From: Lepidodermella squamata | Taxonomy: Eukaryota > Animalia > Gastrotricha | NCBI GenBank assembly: GCA_047495785.1 | Contig: JBLDXI010000061.1 | Span: 1 to 64,000 of the forward strand | DNA: 64,000 nucleotides | Direction of reading: 5' to 3' | Shown here: positions 38,625 through 51,044 of the stretch, piece after piece | How the letters are laid out: the number at the start of each line of letters is the position of its first letter | How positions within the stretch are numbered: the stretch's first letter is position 1 | Program-made: the position numbers and the translations under genes | Notes under the pieces: generated by a model | What the model was told of the DNA's origin: nothing | Seen by the model: the letters and a program-made list of their open reading frames with translations, nothing else | Database searches by the model: none

Positions 38625-39454
38625 AGCGGAAATCAACAAGATGCATATTAGATTTGATGGTTGATTGGATAACTTTACAAATATTGTGGTGGTTGCGTGA
38701 TAAATATTATCGACGCATTTGGAATCCTGTAAGGTTTTGTTGATCAAAAATGAGATTATGAGAATACAAAATACAATATAAAGTTATACATTTTATATAA
38801 ATATATTTGATACTTTAGCGACATAATCTTGCAGAGTTTTCCAGTTTCTTAAACTGCTTGTATGATAAATTTCGTGAATAAATGAAGATGCCAGCATTAT
38901 ATATATTGGGGAAATTAATCCTGAAAATCGTCTTCATTTTCGGCTATAGTATTACCCACGAATCACCTGATCTCGATTCTTCGTTATAATATGCTGTCTT
39001 TATTTTCAGCGACATTTAGGAGGGGGACAGACCAAACACGAAAATGAGAATTTAGCCCTCTGCTTCGTCAATTTTGAGAGGTTTTGGAGCTTGTTTTAGT
39101 GGAAAATCTTCGCTCGCTTTTCTGGTTGAAATCACTAGTCATTTCGACAAATACAGCAACAAATGTTTTTCCATCCCTTGCAGCTCCAGGATCCAAGATC
39201 GCACCCTGCAGTTTGACTTACACAGTTCGCAGGTCCGGTACCGGTCTGCAAAACCTTACCTGTTTCCAACATTGCAAACAGCCGTCAATGAGGTCTGGCC
39301 AACTCTCCTTCTAACGCCAATCGACTGCGGTAGCAGCGACGCATTGAACGTAATTTTTTGTGACATTTTAGAAAAAAATCTTCAAATCTGATTTTATTTA
39401 AATTGCTTTAAATAAAATCCTAAAGCATTAAAAAATAATTCAACCCTAATTAAA

Positions 39455-41017
39455 GAGGAGTGTGATCGAAAAAGTTATACATTTTTTGTAATTTATATCA
39501 ACGTTATAGCAGCATTATAATTTTTTGTTCCTGTTTTACGTTGATTGGTGTCATTCATTAATATTATGAGCACCGACAGTAATAAAACATTGAACCTAGT
39601 AAAGAAGTGTTATCCCTGGTTTGATTTATATTATATTATGTTCTCTTCTTCCTTGAAAGGCAAATTTTTTCGACACTAGAAAGGTACCGTCAACTGGGGT
39701 GACTTCGCCGTACCGAAATGGGGTGACTTTGGCGTGCCAAAAATCTAAGATGGCAAGGTAAATACCCCTCAAGCGGGTTACCGTTGGATAGCCTGTAGGA
39801 AATGAAGTCTAAAAATGGCATGCGATTTCAATTTTGATCAGACGGCTTCAGTTGGGCAGTCGCCAAAGTTTTAATAAAAAAATGAATTTATCGAATTTTT
39901 TTCAAAACTTCACCTGCTATAATATTTCCTTAGGTGCGTTGCATTGATGTGCATTGTACACATCCAGGCTGGCCTTTCCTTGGGCTATCCAATGGTACCC
40001 CACTTGCGGGGTATTTACCTTGCCATCTTAGATTTTTGGCACGCCAAAGTCACCCCATTTCGGTACGGCGAAGTCACCCCAGTTGACGGTATTGATATGA
40101 GCTGTTGTATTCAGAGGTATTATTTTGGCAAATAGCGCGTTAATGCGATTTTCTTATACCTTCCAAATATATAGGTCAGCTATATATTCTTTCACGAACA
40201 TCTTTGGAGCGAAATATTCTACTTGTTTCAAGAACACATTGGCTAGTTTAGAAAATGAGTAAAGATAAAAAAGGCAAAAAGAGGAGCCGCCGCAGTCCTT
40301 CGAGCTCATCAAGCTCTTCTTCCTCTTCCTCGTCCTCAACTGCCGATTCGAAATCGCAATCCTCGTAAAGATCACGATGCGAAAATTGGTCACCCACCGA
40401 CGTGGCCACCCTTGTCAGCGTGTTAAAACTCCCCTACAGCAATCAGATCGGTGATAGCTTCATAGCAGTGCTTTGTTCAAAAGATCCATCTGCCATCCGC
40501 GATCGTGGCCTTGCCGTGGAACAGAACAGTTGAAGGACATTTTCAACCTAGAAGCTGTCGATCAGCGATCTATAAAACAAATTTCCATCCTAGTCATCCT
40601 AGTCATTCCTGTCATTTGGGTAATTGTTGTTATTGCTGTTTCCGTTGTTTTTGCTACGCGTTACTAATGCACAGGTAAAATAAAATGAAAGATATGCTAT
40701 TCGATAAATTGTTTAGCAATTAATGCCAATATAATTTACAATTATTCCAAATTGCCAAAGGGAATTTTGAGGTGAGTAAGATGAAAGTAGCTGTATCTGA
40801 TTGTAAGGGGCGGGAATTTATTTAATTATTTATTTATTTATTTAATATTCTGAATACTTGGTCATTCTACCCTAGACCTGACTCTATTTATTGCCTATAC
40901 GCATAGTTATGTATGTTCATTGTAATAAATAGATGCATCGCTTATTTTTTTCTGACTGCATTTATAACAACTTTATAATGTTGTTATAAAAAATTGTTAT
41001 GTACGATCACACTCCTC
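39455..41017. mobile_element. Putative non-autonomous DNA transposon (GAG-starting TIR, possibly Sola2-like)
   Basis: Perfect 14-bp TIR GAGGAGTGTGATCG. TSD is unclear. Confidence 0.45.
39687..40089. mobile_element. pogo/Tc1-type MITE with ~100-bp TIRs
   Basis: TIR CCGTCAACTGGGGTGACTTCGCCGTACCGAAATGGGGTGACTTT..., TA TSD. Confidence 0.9.
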
Positions 41018-42068
41018 AAAGTTTCTTAATATTTTTAGAGCTCGAAATGCGCCACGATGACTGTGACTCCATCGCCCGGTTGGTCACTAAATTCAAACTC
41101 TAAATCAAGGCAAGTTATTTCCAAGAAATTGCGGTTCAGGAAAAATTGAAATTATTATTTAATTTCAATTTTCGGAATTTTAATAAATTATTAATCTAAT
41201 TCTATTTTTGAATTTATAGGTCGATGGTTCGATGGTAATGCCGTGCCAATGGCTGCCAATGCGAAGGGCTCTCGGCTCTCGTGGCTATTCAACTCTGATC
41301 GGCTTCAGGACGGTTTCGAAAATTTGCATCTCGAACAATTTTAAACTATTAATTAATACATCCGATAATTAACTCTGCCATGATTATCTGAATTTTACCT
41401 TGAATAAAAATTGCTACAATAAAATGCGAATAACTGAGTTCTGACTTGAGTAACTTGAGGAACCAAGTGACATGGAGCCGGGCAGTTGAATGTTACAGGA
41501 TTATAGTCTATTTGAATGAAGAGCAAAGGTGGTTTTGGCCTAATTTTTAACTCCGAAAGCAGTTTCGCCGAAAGTTTCATCTATAAGTTTGGCCGAAATT
41601 TGGTGATTTCAGCAAATGATTTAGCTGAAATTTTGACCGAGAATGTTTTTCGCTGACTGTTTGGTCGAAGTGTTTCGCCTATTTGGGGGTATCAGAAAGA
41701 TGAGCTAAGTTTTAGGCCGAGATTATCGCGGTAAATTTTCATCTGGGTAACAGGAACCGAATTGCAGTCTATGCTGACTACAATTCACCTGCCCGAAAAA
41801 ACATCAACAGCACATGTAGCAAACACGTATTAGCCATCGCCTTTATACTCATATAAAAGCGTAGGAGCATAAACGCGTATATGCCAATATGCCAGAATCT
41901 GCTTTCTACATATAAAAGTGAACAAAAACACATAGTAGACGTATAGCTCAAGGTATTGGCATCTACTGCTATTATGAAAAGCCAGTTTACAACTGTGCTA
42001 CAACTGAATAGATAATATACCTCGAGTTTTCTAGATACTTATAACATTGTTCAAGCTTAATGATCAAT

Positions 42069-42216
42069 CATAGAGCGAAGTAGGACCGCGGAACTGGTTG
42101 AGATTACAAAAATCGACATAAGGGTCCCCCCTTTGGTCTTTCGCTGAACTCAACTTAGGGACCGATGGAACTGGTAGAGATGATCCCTACCATCCCTAGC
42201 GGCGCTTCGCTCTCTG
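42069..42216. mobile_element. 148-bp MITE with 8-bp TSD just upstream of kinase K2; related pieces at ~8598-8700 and ~51672-51720
   Basis: TIR CA(T/G)AGAGCGAAG. TSD TGATCAAT (42061-68 and 42217-24). The empty site is present upstream of K3 (62060-67). Internal hairpin TGGTAG.GAT-G-ATCCCTACCA. Confidence 0.88.
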
Positions 42217-42281
42217 TGATCAATTCTGAACGAGTCTCCATTCTCGCTGCTCTGCTAGATTCGCAGTTTTTCTCGACCAGA

Positions 42282-45165
42282 ATGGTGCAGAGATTTGAAT
42301 CGTTTGCAGAGTTCACCAAAATCAAACGCTTGGGCAGTGGCGCTTTTGGATCAGTTTGGCATTGCCAAGCTAAAGACGATTTCGCGGACTACGCTGTTAA
42401 GGTGGTAAATCTCAGCGCGACTCGACGCAAGTATCAACAAGATCCGAATATGGCTGAGAGCTACGTCAAATTAGGCCGCACTGAGGTTTTTAGTCAGCGC
42501 TATTTTCAATACTGATCTTATTGATTCTGCCCAACAGCATGTCAAACTGCTAAGTTTGAGGCACGCCAACATAGTGTCATTTTACGATGCTTTTGAAGGT
42601 TGGGTAAAACTCTATTTGTAAATTGTAATATAAAGTACATTCTACCAATTTTATCTAGAACTTTTGGTTGAACTAGATGATTCAAACCAACATGACTGGC
42701 ATCGGGACGATGAGATGTACTACCTCGTCATGGAATTTTGTCCCGGCGGAGATTTAGAAGAATACATAAAACGAACTAATGAGGCAAATGCGAAAATTCC
42801 AGAAGAATTGCTTCACGAGTGGGCGCGGCAACTTGTTTCGGCAATAAATTGTCTGCATAAATGTTCCGCGCTCCATCGCGATATCAAGCCGAAGAATATT
42901 TTCCTCTCAGCCGATGGAAAAACAATTAAGCTGGGTGATTTTGGATTCGCCAAAATCTACCAAGGGTTTGCCTTTTCTACTGTGGTGCACGGCTGACGCT
43001 CTTCGATTTCAGAACGAGTAGCGCTACAACTCTGGGACTCGGGACCCCTATCTACGCCGCGCCTGAAATTTTTAACAATGAGCAGCACTCGCCAGCCAGT
43101 GATTGGTGGTCTCTTGGAGTCACGCTGTTTGAGCTAGCTAATTTTCGGCTGCCTGTAAATAATTATATATTCAAAGGTTTTTTCATAAGCTGCTTCTTTA
43201 CGTCTTGCAGTTCAAAACAACATACGAGATCATTTTGTAAGTTCAAGACATTTTGCTCCTTGTCCAAATGTCTGCTAGAACCTTGGCTAAACATAGAAGT
43301 TTGCTCATTGATTTATGTCTCTCGTGTTCAGAGACTCAACGGAGCCACAATTTGACGATGATCGTCGATTTTCTCCAGAGTTTCATGACTTCGTTTTATC
43401 TATGCTTCGGAAAAAGAAAGATCTACGAGCCACAGGAGATGATTTGCTCAAGAAACCCTTTTTGACGCTGAAACCGGGGGCCAGCATCGTAACTATTCCA
43501 ACGCAGGATACCAACGCTGCAATCGATGCAAGAGAAGCTTTAGAGGCAAGCACATAAGCAGTACACTTATCAATACTCTATATCATTGTTTTACAGTTGC
43601 TTTTTAGTTACTCGAGGCAACGAGCAATGTTGCCCGATATCGAAAAATTGCTGGAGAATCAGCGCTTAAATGTGGACGTGAACAGCCGGAACGATGAAGA
43701 CCTCACGCCGCTGATGATTGCAGCTCTAAGTGGATTCGATGAATTTATGACGCCACTGGTGGTTAAGCATGGAGCCGACGTTGAATTGAGGGACAATTAC
43801 GGCAGAACAGCAATTTACATGGCAGCTAAAGATGGGCACCACAAAGTTGTGGAAGTTCTTGCTAAATCATTGGGCGCAAATGTTGAAGCAGCTGATAACA
43901 GCGGGGCAACGCCTTTATCAGTCGCTGCCGAGAATGGCCGCTTCGAAACAGTTAATCTCCTTTCGGGAGAGTTCAAAGTCGATGTGAATGCAGCGAGTAG
44001 TGATGGTGTTTCACCGCTGTGGAGGGCTGCTCAGAATGGCCACATCGAAATCGTGAAGATACTCGTTAGAGAGTTCAATGCCAAAGTAAATGCAGCGAGG
44101 AATGATGGTGTTACACCGTTCTGGATTGCTGCTTATTATGGCCACATCGAAATCGTGAAGCTACTCGCTGGTGAGTTCAAAGCAGATGTGAATGTAGCGA
44201 GGAAGAATGATGTCACACCGCTGTGGGTCGCTGCTCAGAATGGCCACAACGAAATCGTGAAGCTAATCGCTGGAGACTTCAAAGCAGATGTGAATATAGC
44301 GAGAAAGGATGGTGTTACACCACTGTGGGTCGCTGCTCAGAATGGCCACAACGAAATCGTGAAGCTACTCGCTGGAGAGTTCAAAGCAGATGTGAATATA
44401 GCGAGAAAGGATGGTGTTACACCACTGTGGGTCGCTGCTCAGAATGGCCACACCGAAATCGTGAAGCTTCTCGCTGGAGAGTTCAAAGCAGATGTGAATG
44501 CAGCGATGAATGATGGTGCCACGCCGATACATTTCGCTGCTCAGAATGGCCACATCGAAATCGTGAAGCTAATCGCTGGGGAGTTTAAAGCTGATGTGAA
44601 TGTAGCGATGAATGATGGTATTACACCGCTACATATCGCTGCTCATAAAGGCCACATCGAAATCGTGAAGCTACTCGCTGGAGAGTTTAAAGCTGATGTG
44701 AATGTAGCGAAGAATTATGGTGCTACACCGCTATTCATTGCTGCTCAGAATGGCCATTTGGAAATCGTGAAGCTACTCGCAGGAGAGTTCAAAGCCGATG
44801 TGAATGCACCGGCGAAAAATGGTGTTTCTCCGCTGTTTATCGCTGCTCGGAATGGCCACGTGGAGATTGTAAATATGCTGGTTCATGTATTTCATGCAGA
44901 TGTTAACAAGGCGGCAGAAGATGGTTGGTCGCCGTTGATGGTCGCTGCCAAAAATGGTTGTCACTGTGTTGTTGAATCTTTATTGAAGATGCCTGACATA
45001 AAAGTTAATGCCAAAATGCGTTTAACGCGGATTTCGGCTCTATCAGCAGCCATGAATAGTAAGGGAGTGGCTATTGAAGCTAAGCAAAGATGCATCGAAC
45101 TGTTGCTGAGGGCTGGAGCTGAGCCACCGGGAATGTTTGAAAGCTTCATTCATTCTTTTATGTGA
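42282..45165 (+). CDS. NEK-like Ser/Thr kinase-ankyrin repeat protein, copy K2 (full length, ~840 aa, 13 ANK + cap)
   Basis: Exons 42282-42485, 42538-42598, 42659-42965, 43013-43154, 43211-43236, 43332-43545 and 43597-45165 sum to 2523 nt in frame, assuming a GC-AG last intron. All catalytic motifs are intact. Confidence 0.88.
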
Positions 45166-45369
45166 TTTTCAATCAGAACTCAAATAAAATTAAAATGAGC
45201 CGCGGCAAGTGAAAACCGTAGCTTACGCACTTGTGAGAAATGTTCGCAAGAGCGCGAAGAAAGCTTGATAGGTGAATATTGTCAAAATCGACAATCGATC
45301 CATGATTTACTAGGGCAGTTTTATATGAGGAATCTGGCGGTGCAATCCTTTCCTTTCTTTGCGATGCAT

Positions 45370-45708
45370 CATTGTGGAACCACTGGTAAGTTGAACCTTC
45401 GCGCGCACGCTGATTGGTCAATTTATCGTTGCTAATGACTCCGGAATGAAACATTTTCGTCGTGCGATCCACTAATAAATTATTTTATATTTATGTAAAA
45501 AATGACCTTGCCACACCCTCTGCCCGGTTTGACATTGACCACGAGCGTAAACTCCATATTAATCGTGGTAAATTGCTGTGGCAAAAAACACTTGTTGCAA
45601 AAAATGTTATGGATCGCACGACAGAACGTTTCATCCGGGAGTCATAGCAACGATCGATTGACCAATCAGCGTGCGCATTGGATTGGACTTTTAAGTGGTC
45701 ACACAATG
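45370..45708. mobile_element. MITE, inverted copy of 25246-25583
   Basis: Reverse-complement match to 25246-25583, with AT/AT flanks. Confidence 0.8.
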
Positions 45709-46125
45709 ATAGTTTTTATGCTATGACCTAAAAATGCGAGTGCGTCAAAGCATGAAATTCACGCACTTTTCCTAGTTTTTGTGGTGAATTTGGGGCGCGC
45801 GTAAACAATTTTCCCATTGCATTTTTCGAGCGAGAATCCTATATTTTTAGACATAAAAACCGCCCATAAATTCGAAACTTGACCTTTGACGAAACTTGAC
45901 GAATTCAGCTGACTTCAAATAAAACTTATAAATTCGCATATTTATTGCGATTTTTCCATTAAACTTTGAAATCAATGGAGTTTTTGATGATATATACCGG
46001 CATTACTAAGAATAGTGTTAGGTTTCTATAGCTTTGATAACCACTGAGTTTGTCACAAAATGGAAAATTGCTGCTAAAATTATGGTTCGTTTGAAATGTT
46101 CAGAAGACTGTTTGTATGTGATGAC

Positions 46126-46848
46126 TGTTAAGATATGGTGTTCATTCAAAACCGAACGCCTGCTCATGGAGTGACGGTCAAAGTTGACGGCTCTGTGACC
46201 TGTCGGTTAAGCGACTGTTGTATGTTGTCGCTTTTCCCCTCTAGAGTTTCATGGCAGCTCTCTGGGGGATCATTCTTCCCCCTTAGCCCCGGTCTCGGAA
46301 CACTGATCGTCGGAAAATTCAACAATTAATTACCTCTGTCGGCCTGCGGCCTTTGACAGTTGACGGAGAACTCCGTGACTTTGTCAAGAACGTGGGCACG
46401 TGTGACTTCGAACATGCATAACCTAAGACTAAGGCCTAAGAGCCTAAGTATAAAGGTTTCAGGCACATCCTTGCTGCGCAGCTTTGCGCATAACCATGTA
46501 AAGCATAACCCACGCGCGAAGACGGCGTAATTCCGGGGTGAAACCGCCGCGGGTACCACTGGTCATCCTGGTAGTGGCAAGTTGTCGCCTGTGGTGCCGG
46601 GTCGCAGTTTTTCCCACGCTACTGCCCCGCCGTCGCCGCTGATCACTCCGTCTCGTCCCGCTCCCTCAGTGTCCTCGCCGGCCCCCGACCAGCAATCAAC
46701 TGCTCAACTCAGTGCTGCTTTTGCCGGTATGTCTACCGTTCTTGAGCGGATCGATACACAACTGCAGTGGCTGTCCGCTGCCGTGACGTCTGACCGCGCC
46801 CATCAGGAGCGATGGCGAGATAGATTTGAGTCGTCGCTCAAACGATGA
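46126..46848 (+). mobile_element. Possible LTR-retrotransposon 5' relic (LTR + PBS + gag-like start)
   Basis: TGT...CA segment (46126-46558) followed after one base by TGG (46560), then a Pro/Ser-rich ORF with a coiled-coil-like end. No second LTR or pol was seen. Confidence 0.3.
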
Positions 46849-48626
46849 ACAATGCTCGAACCAAGGGAAGGAAGCGAAACTGGATTAAAGAACAATGGTC
46901 CTTATCCCACGCCTAGTTCGACATTTTCGACATTTTTCAAAAAGTGTGTTCCTTTTTTTTGGCAAAACCCCAAATTGAACAACAGCCCCTGCATACTTAC
47001 ATGCAAAACGTTTTTGGGGTAAACTCATCACCTATTCACTTTTCTTTGACGCTGAAAAAGGCATCGGAATCGGCTCGACGACTAGAAGGCGTTAGGCTAT
47101 TAAAATTTGAAAAAATAATTATTTTTCGATTTTTAACGTAAATTCGAAAATTTTCTGCTCAAAACACTGTGTGACGTCATCGGGAGCAGAGTACAAAATC
47201 TGTTCGACAGTGCTTTTATACATGCAAAAAATTTGAAATTTGTTATGTGTCAAGGTCGAATTTAGGAAAAATAGCCTAACGCCATGATAATCACCTGTAT
47301 AGGTGAACTGGAGTCGGTCAAGCCACAGGTAATTAAGGTGTACGAGATTACCCAAAAACCAAGAGTAAAAATTGCTAAATTTTTCGGCACATGATTTTGG
47401 CGTTTTTCGCTCAAAAGCTAAACAAAACAGATGGCGCACACAAACAATGAGCTTCCCTTCCTTCCCTTGGCTCGAACGTGTCTTTATTGATGCGTGAAAT
47501 GGCGAAAAAGGGACGGACTGAGAAGACATAGGGATAATACACAATAAGAAGTCAACAATGATGCTCTTTCGTTTTTACAAATTTAATTCTGAAAGATAGC
47601 AGCCATTATTAATTTTTGGTTTTGTTTGATTTTCAACGAATGAAAGTGTCGAATACTGCGAATTGTCAGGTATTTTTATTATTTCACAGTTTCAGTTAAA
47701 TTCTGTTTACCCGAGACACGAATCGAAGTTAGAAGGTGTCATCACCGGAATCGCAAATTGCTGCTGAAACTATTATTTAGGTCTTAAATATATTTATTTC
47801 CAATAAAATTGATGATTTAGTCACTAAATCCCATGTAATAAAGGCCAAATCGGGGGTATCTATCGCCTAAGCAAGCAGCCTCGAATTCTATCGAATATCG
47901 TTCGTGTTGCGACGTAAGAGACCTCGTTTGGCAGTACTTTCATGCTGTTGGTAATAAAATACTTGGTACTGGTATAAGCTACTTTGTATTCGTCGGTAAT
48001 AGCATCATTATTGCGGCGCATCCGATACCGTGCGTTTGCAACGCCTATACCAGAATGCGTGCTGAGCACAAACGCTTCAGACAATTTCTCCGTTATATCA
48101 TGGCTAAATTCTTAAGATCAACCAAATTTATCCTATTCTTCCTTATTTCACCTTCGTTTCCTTTAAGCGTAGTCTAGGATAATTCTATCTATTTTTCTCA
48201 ATATCCATAGGGTAAACTCATATGGTAAAACAGTTGATTCTCAAGTATACTTTTCTGTACCTCTGTATAGTCTAGTTGAATCATGACTATCACCATTTGT
48301 TGAAACACTGGTTGCACAGAGGTCCTGGGTTCTAAACAGAATTTTCTCAGAAGAGAAAGTTTACGGCCGCAAGCCTCGGTTCACGTGGACAGCATGCAGG
48401 CAAAAATAGGGGTTAGTCATACCGTGATTGGTCAGAGGGGTGCCTGATAAAATCTGTTTTTTGGTTCCTTCTCCATTCGCAGATATTTTGATATCCTTCT
48501 TAAATTTTGTTACATGAAAAAGCGATCACATATTTTTCTGTTTCGATCACAGCTTTATCAACTTTTGATAAACATGAGCCGTTTAGCTGTTGTACCAAAC
48601 TGAACTACAAGCGGAATCGCTTGACG

Positions 48627-49194
48627 CAGTGGTTCTCAAACCCCGTTTTTCCGGCCGCATGCGGCCGGAAGAGGTGCGCCTATCTCTTGCATTGTGTGCG
48701 GCCGGACGGCTCTTTCGAGGGGAATAGTCCAGGGTTTCACATAATTTGTGAGCAAAATTCGATGTATCCGAATGATAAATAGCCACAATTTTCTTAAAGG
48801 TTTCTCGCTCCGCTCGCAGATTCACTTTCAAATGTTTTAATATCTTGATTCGAATTCGATAATTTATATTATGAAATATTAATTGGCCAAAATATTACAT
48901 AATTTTTTTTTCACGTTTTGACTTTTTGAGAGTGGTCGGTCGCGACTTCAGTTGAATGACCAATCAGGGGTCGCGTAATAATTCAGTCAAGAACCACTGC
49001 TCAAAACCCTAATTTTATAACCAATCCGCTTAAAAGTGCACTCGAAAACTTCAATTATCGAGAGAATAGAGGCGCGCGGCCGGGACGGTCCTATTTTATC
49101 ATTACAAGCGGCCGGTTGAGGGTTCAAGAGGCCGGAAAGGTCGACAGCCGGCCGCCATTTTTGACCGGGAGCGAAAATAGCTTGAGAACCACTG
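48627..49194. mobile_element. hAT (Charlie-like) MITE
   Basis: TIR CAGTGGTTCTCAA, 8-bp TSD GCTTGACG/GGTTGACG, subterminal CGGCCG repeats. Confidence 0.85.
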
Positions 49195-49804
49195 GGTTGA
49201 CGTATTTCGCAGTAATTCGAGTAATGCTTGATATGCAACTCGATTGGCTTGATTCGTATACGACAAAACCTGACCCACCATTCAAGTTTGGGCATTTGGG
49301 ATGGGGATTGGGATGGCATTTCACGATTTTTGCGTTAACTTCCTAATGAAATACTACGTCAAGAGCAAATTGCCACGGACTAATAGTTATCAAAGAAAAC
49401 AATCATGCGCAGAAGTATAATTTCCAAAGCGCATCCACTTGGTCATTTTGGCTGGAATCTTATCTGTAATTAGGGCTATCAGGAATGCTTCGGGCACTTC
49501 AAACCGATCTATTGGCGAGAATGCAAAATAATTCTCTGAGTTTCAGAGTAAGTGAAGGCAAAAAAGTGGCGCCTACTTCAAGATGAGTTACGGGTAGATT
49601 TCTGAAGCAACTGGAGCGATTTGTTCTGCTTGGCAAGCGCAGCTTTTAAGAGGCAAATCTGATCTGCTCTGGGGTTTAAAATGTAACGCTTAAGGAGCTT
49701 AATTAGTCTCCAATAGATGTAGACATTCTTTGTTTTGAAAGGGAAGAAAACAGCTAAACCAAAGCAGTCAAAGCAGGATGCATCGCCTCACTACTCCGTA
49801 GTTG

Positions 49805-49988
49805 TGAGCGTCGTTGAATAACTCGGATTCGGGCTTGTTCACGTCAGTTACAGACAGTGACAGTTGGGTGACAAGTGACAAGTTCCCCTTTTCATTCACA
49901 TAAAAACGTTCCAGTTACCTTTCACTTGTCACTATTCATCTTGTAACTGACATATACAAGCCCAAACCGAGTTATTCAACGACGCTTA
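49805..49988. mobile_element. MITE (PIF/Harbinger-like), family of 14061-14250
   Basis: TIR AGCGTCGTTGAATAACTCGG. Confidence 0.75.
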
Positions 49989-50888
49989 AGCTCCCATTTC
50001 TATGGCTTGTTTATCGTTAGTTACATAGTTAGCTAGATACCCAATGGAGTATCGCCGTCATCTTTTCTTGAAAATTGTTACTTCGGTTAAAAGTGATACA
50101 CTTTCAGAAAACTTTAAATATCGCTTGTTTCCTACTTGCGACACTTCAAAGATCATCCGCTAACTTCCAGGGGCGAGATCTACTTTCAACAAAATTAAGT
50201 GTTCATGAATATCATTTATAATTTTTCGTAGAAATCAGATTAACTTTCTATTTAGAATGGGTAATTTCAAAAGTAGTTGGTAATGATTCATTATCATCTT
50301 ATTGCAATATCTCCGAAGCTATTAAAGTAGAAATAGGGCATCCTATTGGCAACAGCAGCAGCAAAGCTGCCGCAGTAGCGCCGGGGGGAACCTTTGAGAC
50401 TGACGACTGACGAGAACAATGATGGTAGTTCTACCTGTAAACTATCGGGTTAGGCCTGAATCGAGCCTGCTGTAATCTCTATGCATGCCAAGACCAAGAT
50501 TCACCGCAACCTTTCCATAAACTCACGCAACGGCACCACTTAGCGGAAGGCGTTACCTCCCAAGGTTACCTCATAGCAGCGTTGAATGCGCCACACAAAC
50601 TCGCTTGGCAAGCGACAGCAGTGCTTGAGGGCGGAGACTCTGGCGTAGTAGTTGTAGGACGGACTCTCAAGATGGCGTCCTGCGCCGTGCCAAAGGTGCT
50701 GGGCAAACGGAGGAGACCGCAGTTGTGCACATTATGTACAAAAGAGGTGACACCCCTAGCACCATGCATACCGTACCTACAGTACTTTTTGGCTTATTCG
50801 GACTTGCATAGGCCGGACTTCGCCTAATTCGGACGGATTCAGGTGGCTCGTGCCGGAATTGTGGACTAGCCGAGGCTAATCTTGAAAG

Positions 50889-51044
50889 CAGTGCGCGAAG
50901 TAGGATCCTCGAACTAGGGGGTATTTTCGGGCCCCAATTTTATGACCAAAGGGTCCCCCCTGTGGTTTTTTGGCGGTTTTTCCACTTTGGCGTGCCGAAC
51001 TGGGGGGTACGATACCCCTCATTCCCCCCGTACTTCACGCCCTG
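50889..51044. mobile_element. hAT-type MITE, family of 22772-22918, inverted
   Basis: Perfect 8-bp TSD CTTGAAAG, TIR CAG.GCG.GAAGTA. Confidence 0.88.

Noticed and set aside
43555-43597. Stop-codon readthrough joining kinase and ankyrin ORFs
   Set aside because: In frame in K2 and K3 (51 nt) but not in K1 (50 nt), and a good TTTTACAG acceptor is present, so splicing is the simpler explanation.
44000-44900. Regular 102-bp repeats with variable segments as a CRISPR-like array
   Set aside because: They are in-frame ankyrin coding repeats in a eukaryotic gene, and the variable parts are homologous to each other.
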